A model generated the notes under the pieces. That model did no database searches, had not been told where the DNA came from, and worked only from the letters and a program-made list of their open reading frames with translations. From Polyangiaceae bacterium (GTDB lineage Bacteria > Myxococcota_A > Polyangia > Polyangiales > Polyangiaceae): a stretch of 64,000 nucleotides of DNA. Made by a program: the position numbers and the translations under genes. Position 1 is the stretch's first letter; every line of letters begins with the position of its first letter. Shown piece after piece: positions 1-9,031 of this stretch. Where the stretch lies: assembly GCA_965222375.1 (NCBI GenBank), contig CBDCTZ010000005.1, forward strand, positions 224,001-288,000, given 5' to 3'.

Positions 1-298
1 GTGCGATGGCAACACAATCACTAGCTGCTGCGCCAACGACTTGGTAGCAAGTCTCGCATTCCGCCGGGCTGTTGATACCGAGGCATGCCGGTGTGGTGGT
101 CACCGGATAGCCTCTCGACTCCGCTGTGCTCGCGGCACACTGAGTCTCGGAAGCGCTCGCGGTGGGCTGCAGCGCGCACAAGGACTTGCAGTCCGATACG
201 CTATCCGCGCGGGCATTGTCGTCCTCGGACGAGCAGCCCGAAACTGCGATCGCAACCCAAGTAAGCAGGCCGATAGTAAGCAAGTGTCTACATCTCAT
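1..298 (-). CDS. Cys-rich lipoprotein, 3'-partial (runs off window start)
   Basis: Manual translation from ATG 298: MRCRHLLTIGLLTWVAIAVSGCSSEDD...; lipobox VSGC; no stop before base 1; purine-rich RBS upstream; absent from the ORF track. Confidence 0.75.
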   Translation of the reverse strand, partial: MRCRHLLTIGLLTWVAIAVSGCSSEDDNARADSVSDCKSLCALQPTASASETQCAASTAESRGYPVTTTPACLGINSPAECETCYQVVGAAASDCVAIA

Positions 299-804
299 GG
301 CGATTTCCCTTTCGGACCTCGTGAAAAGCAAGGCGCGCGCCAACCTCGCCATTTTGGATTTCTCGACCAAACCGAAAGCCGGCGCCCGCCACCAGGCGGG
401 GCCTCACCCGCCGATGGATGGCAGCAGCCTGCCGACAGCACCGGCACTGTCCCTCGAAACTGGGCCAGCCGTCGACGTGAAAACGCGGCCCAGCCTCACG
501 AGGTATGACTGTCAGTCGGTATGTTGCGCGCGCGTTCCTGTTGTCCACCCTCGCCCCAGCAGCCGCGTTCTCGTTGTCTTGTTCGTCCAAGGACCTGAGT
601 AAGCTCGGCGTTCGCCTCCGCGCGACCCATGGGAATCCCTGACGGGGGGACGCCGGCGCAACCCTGACGCGGGCTTAGCGGTCCGCATGGGGGCGCATGC
701 GTGCGCGTACCTGCTTTGTTGGCGCTCGCCACCGAAATGTCCGATTGTATCGATTGCGACGCGCGCCCGGTCAAGTAGCCTGATAGCCTAGGAATGAGGC
801 TCAA

Positions 805-1956
805 ATGATGAAACTGGCAGCGATGTGTTTCGCGAGCGGGCTGCTCGTGCTGGGTTGCGGTAGCGATGACGAGGGCGACGGCCCGAAGAACACGGGGGGC
901 TCCAGCGGGAGCGCGGGCAGCGCGGGGGGTGGAACCGGCGGAGGCAGCGCGGGCACCGGCGCCAGCGCCGGAAGCGGCGGCGGCGTGGCGGGAGCCGCGG
1001 GCAGCTCCGGAGCTGCGGGCAGCGGCGGCAGCGCGGGGGGTGGCAGTGGTGGAACGGCGGGCAGCTCCGGCGGCGCCGGCGGAAGCGGCGGCGGCAGCAT
1101 CGACGAATGCGACACGACTCAGGACTGCAAGGCCATCTACGGCAGTGCGGCCGATGACTGTTTCAATAGCGCCTCGAACCAGAGCGTCTGCCATTGCGGC
1201 GGAAAGCCGTGCAAGGGCACTCCAACGGGCACCTGGCGGGTGGGCTACAGCGCCGATGGTAATCAGCACGACCCCGATGACTGGCACGCCTCCCCGATGG
1301 CCCTGGCAGTTCTGCACCGTGCTGGGTTGAAGAGTCGCTTGGTGCACTTCGACTACAACAATCACCTGGGTGACAACAACACCACCTTCGCCAGCAATCA
1401 CAAGGCCAACATCACTGGGGCGATCAAGAAGTTCGGCTACAACTCCGCCATCTTTTTCGACGACCAAGTCAACCTGAGCGGCGCCGTGCAAAGCATCGCC
1501 AACGCCATCAACGCGTCTTCGGCCACGGATCGCTTCATTCTCATCTGCGCGGGCCCCATGGAGGTGTGCTGGCGCGGCATCGATGCGGCGCAAAACTCCA
1601 AGGAACAATACGTCACGGTCATTTCCCATTCCAATTGGAACGACACCCACCAGGACACCAGCCAGATGTCCCACACCTGGAGCAGCATCAGTTCCAGCTT
1701 CAACGCTCAGATGCATCACATCAACGACCAGAACGGGCCCGCCTTCAAATCGAGCTGTAGCGCCTGGAACTGGCTCAAGACCACCGCGGGTTACGGCACC
1801 GAAACCTACGACTGGGTGTGCACCGGTGCCGCCGCCGGCGATGCTTCGGACGCAGGCATGATGTACTACTTGGTAAAGAAGCAGGGCGTCCTGACTGGCA
1901 ACAGCGGTACGGGCTCCCCCACCATGTCGGAGGTCAAAGCCTTCTTCGGCGGCTGA
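805..1956 (+). CDS. Lipoprotein with Gly/Ser linker, small Cys domain and nucleoside-hydrolase-like catalytic domain
   Basis: Lipobox VLGC, GGSGG linker, Asp-rich motif YSADGNQHDPDDW and ICAGP resembling the nucleoside hydrolase fold. Confidence 0.7.
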   Translation: MMKLAAMCFASGLLVLGCGSDDEGDGPKNTGGSSGSAGSAGGGTGGGSAGTGASAGSGGGVAGAAGSSGAAGSGGSAGGGSGGTAGSSGGAGGSGGGSIDECDTTQDCKAIYGSAADDCFNSASNQSVCHCGGKPCKGTPTGTWRVGYSADGNQHDPDDWHASPMALAVLHRAGLKSRLVHFDYNNHLGDNNTTFASNHKANITGAIKKFGYNSAIFFDDQVNLSGAVQSIANAINASSATDRFILICAGPMEVCWRGIDAAQNSKEQYVTVISHSNWNDTHQDTSQMSHTWSSISSSFNAQMHHINDQNGPAFKSSCSAWNWLKTTAGYGTETYDWVCTGAAAGDASDAGMMYYLVKKQGVLTGNSGTGSPTMSEVKAFFGG

Positions 1957-2515
1957 AGCCCTGCGACCTTGGGCTTCGACGCTGGCTGATCGTCTTGGTC
2001 GAAAGCCCACACGCTGGCGCTAGGTCGCGCCCGGCGGTGGCGGCCGACGGCGGCGCCGCTCCAGCAGCGCGGGCGGATCCGCTCCGTCAAGTTCAGGCCG
2101 AGCTCCTCAGGATCCCTGAACGCTCGGCGCTCCGGGTTGCCCGCCTCACGGATCATGCGCTGGATTTGTAGGCCAAGCACTGGGTCCGGATTCAAGAGGG
2201 TCGCGGTGCGCATCAACCGGGGCTCTTCCTTCACCACGCCCACGTACACGCCGCCGACAACCTGGATTTCCTGTCACAGATCCAGGCCCTCATTGACGAG
2301 AGCGTAATCGAGCGAATCCCGGCCAACCCCAGGTACTGGAAGACCCGGGAGCCACCATCGGCAGACGCCATCATCTACTGAGCTAATTAGACCTACGAAA
2401 CCAGGGCGGCCGTTCGCCACTGGCCGCAGCCGGCGCCGCCACTGCCGTGATTCGGAAAATCACCAGGCAATCACGCAGCCGTGCACGGGCACGCCCTTCG
2501 CTAGGGGCGGCCGAC

Positions 2516-2902
2516 ATGAAGACTCGAATCCTGATTGGCATTGCTGGCACTTTGACTCTCTCGCTGGCCCTCGCGGCGACGCTCTTGGAACCCGAGCGCG
2601 CGCGTTCCACCATCCCGCCGCCAACCCCACGCGCATTCTCGCAAGCTCGGCCCCCTAGCGAAGCGCCCACAAGGGTGGCGCAAGTCGCGCGTGACGAAGG
2701 CGTCCTGCACCTGGACGAACTCCGCATCGTGGGGGGCCGGCGCCCCGTGCCGCGGCCCTCCGCAATCGCGCGGCAGAAGCCCAAGCTCGTGCCGTGTTCT
2801 GACTGGCGCGCGCTGGGACCTGTCTACAGCGCGCCGGCAGGCACGATCCCTCGCCAGCGCCACGTGCAGCTCTTGTGCCCCGAGAGCAAGATGCACCCTT
2901 GA
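2516..2902 (+). CDS. Small exported hypothetical protein
   Basis: MKTRILIGIAGTLTLSLALAA signal/TM segment; GGGG RBS-like sequence upstream. Confidence 0.6.
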   Translation: MKTRILIGIAGTLTLSLALAATLLEPERARSTIPPPTPRAFSQARPPSEAPTRVAQVARDEGVLHLDELRIVGGRRPVPRPSAIARQKPKLVPCSDWRALGPVYSAPAGTIPRQRHVQLLCPESKMHP

Positions 2903-2970
2903 TGGATCACTGCTCAAGTGGCTGTCGCGAGGCGTTCCCCGGACAGACCGTTCGCGCTAACGTGCGTCCC

Positions 2971-3678
2971 ATGCAGTGGCAGCAATCCGTATTGGCAAGC
3001 GCAGTCCTCTTGAGTGCGGTGGCATGTGGCGGGGCATCGCCGCCTAGCGCCAACTCGACGCCCCCAGCATCCAGCATCAGCGCCCCGCCATCCGAAGGCG
3101 CAGCGGCGGAAGCTGCGCCCGACGACGGCGCGGAGGAGGCTGCGCCGGAAGTGCCGCTCACGTATCCCGGTGGCTCCTACTCGGTTCGTGGAGCGTTGCA
3201 GCGTTTCAAGAGCAGCGATGCCAACCCCAAGCAGATACTTCGAATCGTTGGCTTCATCGGCAAAACGAACCTCGCGGACATGCCCAAGTGCGCCGTGCAC
3301 CCGGGAAACAAAGCATCACCTCCGGACTGCAAAGCACCAAACCCGACCTTTTGGTTGTGCGATTCGCGCGGCGCTCCGTCCGACCAATGCCTGCGCGTCA
3401 TGGGTTGGGCGTCGAACGCAGCGCAGCTCCACGACGCGATCAAGGCCTACAAGAACGACCCCAACGCTCCCGAGTGGCTCGACTCGTTCTTTGGAATTTC
3501 CATTCCCAAACCGATTCCAGCGGCTGGCGGCAAAGCCATCGTGCGGGCACGACACACGAATCGGTACACCAAGAACCCGAAAAGCGTGGTCGTTGACGCA
3601 GAACGCGGAATCCTGACCTTCGAGGGCCTGAAGTGGATCGAGAAACCCGACAAGGCCGCGTCGCTGCCCGGGATGTGA
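2971..3678 (+). CDS. Hypothetical lipoprotein
   Basis: Lipobox AVAC, Pro/Ala linker, globular domain with 4 Cys, GC3-biased codons. Confidence 0.75.
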   Translation: MQWQQSVLASAVLLSAVACGGASPPSANSTPPASSISAPPSEGAAAEAAPDDGAEEAAPEVPLTYPGGSYSVRGALQRFKSSDANPKQILRIVGFIGKTNLADMPKCAVHPGNKASPPDCKAPNPTFWLCDSRGAPSDQCLRVMGWASNAAQLHDAIKAYKNDPNAPEWLDSFFGISIPKPIPAAGGKAIVRARHTNRYTKNPKSVVVDAERGILTFEGLKWIEKPDKAASLPGM

Positions 3679-3686
3679 CGACGCGC

Positions 3687-5516
3687 TTATTTGACCAGGC
3701 CGTCGACGACCTTGAGGGCTTCGGCCAATTCCGTGCCGAGGTAAGCGATCTTACCGGTCTGGTCGACGACCATGTTCAAGGGGAAGACTTGCGCCGGAAG
3801 GCGCAGACGACGGAACACTTCGCTGTCGAAATCGAAGGCGACATCGAAAGTCAGACCGAATTCTTGAACGTGTGCTGCGGCGGGCTGCCCGTCGTAGAAG
3901 GAATGGATCGCGGTGACCTCGAACTTGTCCGCCGGGTACTTAGGAAGGACGGTAGTTTCTATCAGAGGCAACTCCTCTGTGCAGGAAGGTCACGTAGGGT
4001 TGTAGAGCTTCGCTAACCAGACCTTGCCCAAGTAGTCCTGAGAGCGGATTGTGGTACCCCGCACCGTGGGCAGCTCGAACGCCTCGAGCGCCTCGCCGAC
4101 GGCGGGAACCGGACGGTTGGTCTCCCCCACGATCTCGAGAGGGCCGTTCGGGTCGTTGCTGGCAATGGAGATCAACGACTGCTGGATGCCCGCTGCCGAA
4201 CCCGAGTAGCGCTGGAAGATCAAGAAGGGCTTGCCGGGCTCCACCGAGAACTGATCTGGGCATCCGTCTACAGCCGTCGCCGTGTCTGCATAGATCTCCG
4301 GCATGATGGGTGCCGGTGCGCTGACGCCGGTTACGATCAGCTGCTCGCTACCCACATTGGTCAGCCGAATCAACGCTTCGGGCTGTCCGGACGGAATCAC
4401 GTGCGCGTAGGCGTCCGCGATGAAGTGGGGCGCCGCTTTCCCTGCGCCCAGGGTCAGCGCTACGAGTTGGCGTGAAGTCACCGCCTGCCAAGCTCCTGAC
4501 CCGGTACGAACCACGTCCACGAAATAGTCGCCGTCGAGTTCGCCCCGCGCCGGCCGCTGCTCGATGGAGGTCAAGCTGGCGTCCGTGCTCGACAACGTGA
4601 AGCGGAGCAATTGCGAGCCCGACGCGATCACCAGATCGTCACCGGATAGCGCAGCTCCCTGAGGTGAGCCGTGGGCGAAAGCCGTCGTATAGGATTGGGT
4701 CAGCTTGGTCGCTCCGACCTCGAGCACATCAAAGCCCGCACCGGGTCGCAGCGCCACGACGCGGGTGCCGTCTACGAGCAAGCGCCCGGCAAGCCCGAGC
4801 AGCCCGGTCACGCTATCCAGCGCCTGACCCGTCGAATCCAGCAGGTGCAGCGTGCCGCCCGCGGATTCCTTGCCCTTTTCGAACTCGTCGAACACCACCG
4901 CTGACGTGCCAACGCTGGCCACGCTGCGTGCGTTCTTTGGCGCGGTCCACACGCCCGATTCCGCCAACTTGTCGCCGCTTACGCTGTAGGCGATCACGCC
5001 CGCGCTGCCCCCGGCGACGAGGGCCGTGTCGGCCGAGAGTGTGACGCCGTAGAAAGACGTACTGGCTCGCGCCACGGTGTCCAGCTCGGTTAGAGGCGTG
5101 GCCGAGGTATCCAAAGAAAACAGCGTGATCTGCCCGGACTCGCTGACCATCACTGCGCGAGTCTCGCCACTGACTGCCAAGCCGCGGCAGTCCTTGAGGT
5201 GAGGCCCGGCGACGACAGAGGCCTTGGAGCTGTCCACGAGCACGACGGACTCGCCACCACAGAGCAGCACGCGGTCGCCGACCGCGATGGCCTGTCGCAC
5301 AACAACCGGAACACCTGTGGCACCCGCCAAGTCGAGCACGATGTCGTCGTCGTGGCTTTGCGCGGTGCAGGCGCCGCTGCCCCCGGCTCCCCCAGCGCCG
5401 GCGCTGCCCGCAGCCCCGCCGCTGCCCCCGTTGGGTCCGTCGTCGCCGCCGCAGCTGGCACCCAAGGTCAGAAGCGCGAAGCACGCCGCAAGCTGGCTTC
5501 CAACGCGGTGGCTCAT
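3687..5516 (-). CDS. Probable selenoprotein lipoprotein: beta-propeller-like + Ig-like + C-terminal AhpC/TSA (TlpA-like) redoxin with UxxC (609 aa, U509)
   Basis: ORFs 3990..5522 and 3687..3971 are in frame. TGA at 3990-3992 reads ...GKVWLAKLYNPT-U-PSCTEELPLIE...; downstream FPLNMVVDQTGKI completes the thioredoxin fold; lipobox GASC. Confidence 0.85.
3956..3989 (-). promoter_or_regulatory. Putative bacterial SECIS element
   Basis: Hairpin CAGAGG-AGTTG-CCTCTG (3963-3979); the loop follows 16 nt after the TGA and contains G; weaker lower stem. Confidence 0.65.
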
Positions 5517-5518
5517 CC

Positions 5519-6352
5519 TCAATCAGCCAAAAGCTGGTTGATCAACGTGAGGACTTCGTCTTGGCAGCTGGCGTTGTTGATCTGGCCAGGCTTGCCGCAG
5601 GAGTTCCCGTTGCCCGCGCCGCACTTGTAGGTAGCGCCGAAGTGGCGGATTTTCATTTTCTTGTCGATCACGACGGTGACCGCGTTGCTGCAGCCCGGGC
5701 CACCTGGAGCAGAGTGCGCACAACCGTTGGCCTGGGCGTAGTCCGTGTAGACGCTGCGCAGCGGGTCTGTGAGCTGGATCCCCTCGAAGCCGAGTTCGCT
5801 CTTCCACTTGTCCAAGTCGCCGCTGGTTGGCGGGTTCTTGGCGCAATTCTCATTCATGGCGATCAGGTACGTGACCCCCGTCTTGCCCTGCAGCTTAGCC
5901 GGGTCTTTTTGCCATCCCGCCAAACTGGCGAGCCGTTCTCGACAAGGTGGTCACCATTCAGCCCCGTCTTCTATGTAGATGACCTGACCGCAGTAATCAT
6001 GAAGATTGACGTTGGCACCATTGCGGTCTTTGAGCGTCCAGTTCTCGGCGATCTGCCCGACCTTGTGGCCCTCAGCCTGGATATTGGCGCAAGCGCCAGT
6101 CGCGCCAGCGCCGCCACCGGTGCCCGTCGCTCCGCCGCTCGAAGCTCCACCAGAGGCCGTACTGCCACTGCTTCCGGAGCTACCGCCGCTGCCGGTCGCG
6201 CCACCGCTGCCCGTGCTGCCGCCGCTGCCAGCGCTTCCGCCAGGCGAGCCGCCGCTGGAATCATCACTCGAACAGCCGAAAGCAGATAGAGCCAGCAGCG
6301 CGCCCACAGCCGCATAGCTGCGTGATGCGATCGCTGAGCTGGCCCCAAGCAT
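5519..6352 (-). CDS. Probable selenoprotein lipoprotein, redoxin/thioredoxin-like with WUPPC motif (277 aa, U134)
   Basis: ORFs 5951..6352 and 5519..5923 are in frame. TGA at 5951-5953 reads VGQIAENWTLKDRNGANVNLHDYCGQVIYIEDGAEW-U-PPCRERL; later VTVVIDKKMKI; lipobox AFGC. Confidence 0.88.
5909..5950 (-). promoter_or_regulatory. Putative bacterial SECIS element
   Basis: Upper stem CTCGCC-AGTTT-GGCGGG (5916-5932), lower stem TTGTCG/TGGCAA with G-U pairs; the loop follows 24 nt after the TGA. Confidence 0.7.
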
Positions 6353-6645
6353 GAGTTAGATCGTACACCGCGCAGGCCCTCGATCCAACCTGGGAGCGAA
6401 AAACCGCAAGTTGGGGCGGCCCCACCCCCGTCAGACAAAGCTCCTGAACTCCCGCCATTGCCACCTGACCCGGCGGTACCCACTCCACCAGCTCCAGCCT
6501 GACCCCCGATCGCAGCGTCCGCGCCGGATGTGCCCCCTGCCCCCGCGCTAGCGCCACCACTTCCGCTGGCCGTGCTCTTCGACTTCGAGGTGCAGGCCGC
6601 CGCGAGCGCAGCCATGAGAGAGATGGATGTGAAGGTGACTCGCAC
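6353..6645 (-). pseudogene. Truncated lipoprotein remnant (signal peptide and Gly linker only)
   Basis: VRVTFTSISLMAALAAACTSK + GSGG linker, then the frame runs out of phase into the next gene with no globular domain. Confidence 0.5.
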
Positions 6646-6745
6646 GATCCCAGAGCATATCACCTCGACGCAGAACGGCGGCGCCAGCTTGCGTCGCAGC
6701 AGTATTTCCGTGGCCAGCCTCGGTCATGCGTGGGACCCTCTACGC

Positions 6746-9022
6746 ATGAAGACGGCGCGGGGTGTTGGGTCGGTACTGGCGGCGCTCTGCTTGCTCGTAC
6801 CGGTGTTTTCGAGCTGCGGCGACGACGGCGGGGGCACGGCGAGCAACGCGGGAACCGGAGGCGGCGGCACTGGCGGAAGTGGCGGCGCGTCCGGAGACTC
6901 CTCGGTCACCCTCGACTCGAGTTCGTGCCCGACGGGCACGCCTTGCGGCGATGCGGGCGTCTGCGCAGGCGGCGTGTGTTGCGAGAAGGAAAGCGCCTGC
7001 GGCGACAACTGCTGCGCAAATTCAGAGGTGTGCTCCTTCCAGAAGTGCGTCACGCCCGGCAAGAAGTGCACTGAGAGCGCGGACTGCGCCAGCGGCGAGT
7101 ATTGCGAGCTGGCACTGGGCGATACCAAGGACAGCGGTGGCCCGCCCAGCGACGCTGCCAGCTGCACCACTGGGTTCATCGTCGCAGAGGGCAAGTGTTT
7201 GCCCGAACCGCCCGTGTGCACCGGCGCCGAACCTGGGCCAGATTGCTTGCCCAAGTGCGAGCGCCCGCCCATCACCGCCGCCTTCGACCCGGAGGTGACC
7301 TACACCTGGGGCGGCGTCACGGCTCCGCCCTATAGCAGTGACGTGATGATGACGCCGATCGTCGTTCAACTCGACGACGACAACTGCGACGGCAAGATCA
7401 CTGCACTGGACATCCCGGAGATCGTCTTCAACACCTTCGCCAGCGGCGGCTACACCAAGATCGGCACGCTGCACGCCATCTCGATCGTGAATCAAAAGGT
7501 CGTGGACAAGTGGAGTGTTCCCGGCATCGTCAATGCATCGAGCGAGCTGGCCGGTGGTAACATCGACGGCAACCCGGGCAATGAGATCGTGGGCTGCTCC
7601 GGCAACACGGTCTCCGCTTTCGATGGGGCCGGCAAGAAGCTCTGGACCAGCCCGACCATCAGCTGTCGGGCGCCTGCCCTGGCGGATCTAGAGGGCGACG
7701 GCAGCGTGGAGGTCGTAGTCGAAGGCGGGATTCTGAATGGCAAGGACGGAACCCTCAAGCACGCGTTTTCACCAGGCCTCAGCGTACCCTCGGTTTCGGA
7801 TCTGGACGGCGACGGCAAGCTCGACGCAACCGACGGGCGCCGGGCCTATCGCGCAGATGGCACGGAGTTGGCCGACAGCGGCCTGGCATCCTCCTGGTCT
7901 GCAGTCGGGGATCTGGATCAAGACGGCAAGCCGGAGATCATCGGCATCAATCCTTCGAGCGGCGCTCGCACCATGCATATCTGGCGCGTCACTGCTGCAG
8001 CGCCCGGCTTCGAGGTCGTGCGCGCGCCCTTCGACATTCACGAGACTGCGCCATCGAACCCCTGCGGCCACGCCTCTGGCGGCGGGCCGCCAACTATCGC
8101 GGACTTCAACGGCGATGGCTCGCCGGACGTGGCCTTGGCGGGCTCAATCGCCTACGTGATCTTCGACGGCAAGAAGCTCATGACGCCGGCGACGCCCACG
8201 GCATCGACACTACTGTGGCAGAGCGTGACCCAAGACTGCTCGTCGGCCGCGACCGGCAGCTCGGTCTTCGATTTCAACGGCGACGGCAAGGCCGAAGCCG
8301 TGTACTCCGACGAGATCTACCTACGGATCTACGACGGCGCGACCGGCAACGAATTGTGGAAGACCTGCAATACGACGGGCACGCTGATCGAGTACCCCGT
8401 GATTGCCGACGTGGACAACGACGGCCAAGCCGACATCGTGGTGGCCTCCAATGCCTACGCCTTCAATTGCGGCGGCACCAAACAGAGCGGGATCCGCGTC
8501 ATCCAGAGCAAGAGCAAGTCCTGGGTGCGCACACGCCGCGTCTGGAACCAGCACACTTATCACATCACCAACGTCGACGAGGACGGCAGCATCCCCACGA
8601 AGGAAGCAACCAACTGGACCGTCCCGGGGTTGAACAACTTCCGTCAGAACAAGCAGCCGGGCGCGGAACTCGCAGCGCCGGATGCCACGATCACCGTGCG
8701 CGCCCGCTGCGGGGGCGCCTTCGGCGTGTTGGTGGAAGTCCGCAACCTGGGCTCCGCGCCGCTGCCGCCGGGCATGCCCGTGGAGCTCTTTTCTGGAACG
8801 CCGCCCGCTGGCACTTCCTTGGCCACAGCCAAAACGACCGTCCCACTCTACGCCGCACAGGCCGAGGTCCTCTCCATCGACCTGCCGTCCGCGCCCGCTG
8901 ACGTTCAAAGCGGCGCGACTCCCGTGTACGCGGTGATCACTCCGCCAGCGGGCGTGCTGGAGTGTCGGACGGACAACAACACGTCGGATCCGGTCGCCGC
9001 CGTGTGCGGCCAACCGCGCTAG
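6746..9022 (+). CDS. FG-GAP/VCBS repeat lipoprotein with Cys-rich N-region and CARDB-like C-terminus
   Basis: Lipobox-like FSSC; repeated DxDGDGxxE/D motifs (DLDQDGKPE, DFNGDGSPD, DVDNDGQAD); RRVWNQHTYHITN; VRNLGS...DNN. Confidence 0.9.
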   Translation: MKTARGVGSVLAALCLLVPVFSSCGDDGGGTASNAGTGGGGTGGSGGASGDSSVTLDSSSCPTGTPCGDAGVCAGGVCCEKESACGDNCCANSEVCSFQKCVTPGKKCTESADCASGEYCELALGDTKDSGGPPSDAASCTTGFIVAEGKCLPEPPVCTGAEPGPDCLPKCERPPITAAFDPEVTYTWGGVTAPPYSSDVMMTPIVVQLDDDNCDGKITALDIPEIVFNTFASGGYTKIGTLHAISIVNQKVVDKWSVPGIVNASSELAGGNIDGNPGNEIVGCSGNTVSAFDGAGKKLWTSPTISCRAPALADLEGDGSVEVVVEGGILNGKDGTLKHAFSPGLSVPSVSDLDGDGKLDATDGRRAYRADGTELADSGLASSWSAVGDLDQDGKPEIIGINPSSGARTMHIWRVTAAAPGFEVVRAPFDIHETAPSNPCGHASGGGPPTIADFNGDGSPDVALAGSIAYVIFDGKKLMTPATPTASTLLWQSVTQDCSSAATGSSVFDFNGDGKAEAVYSDEIYLRIYDGATGNELWKTCNTTGTLIEYPVIADVDNDGQADIVVASNAYAFNCGGTKQSGIRVIQSKSKSWVRTRRVWNQHTYHITNVDEDGSIPTKEATNWTVPGLNNFRQNKQPGAELAAPDATITVRARCGGAFGVLVEVRNLGSAPLPPGMPVELFSGTPPAGTSLATAKTTVPLYAAQAEVLSIDLPSAPADVQSGATPVYAVITPPAGVLECRTDNNTSDPVAAVCGQPR

Positions 9023-9031
9023 CTCGCGGGC

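Noticed and set aside
496..2010. Long antisense or alternate-frame ORFs (also 23595-24491, 38589-40145, 51383-52621)
   Set aside because: Shadow ORFs expected in high-GC DNA opposite well-supported genes
1990..2381. TAG at 2169-2171 as a read-through codon in a plus-strand frame
   Set aside because: Neither side resembles a family I recognise and there is no clear start; at most a remnant
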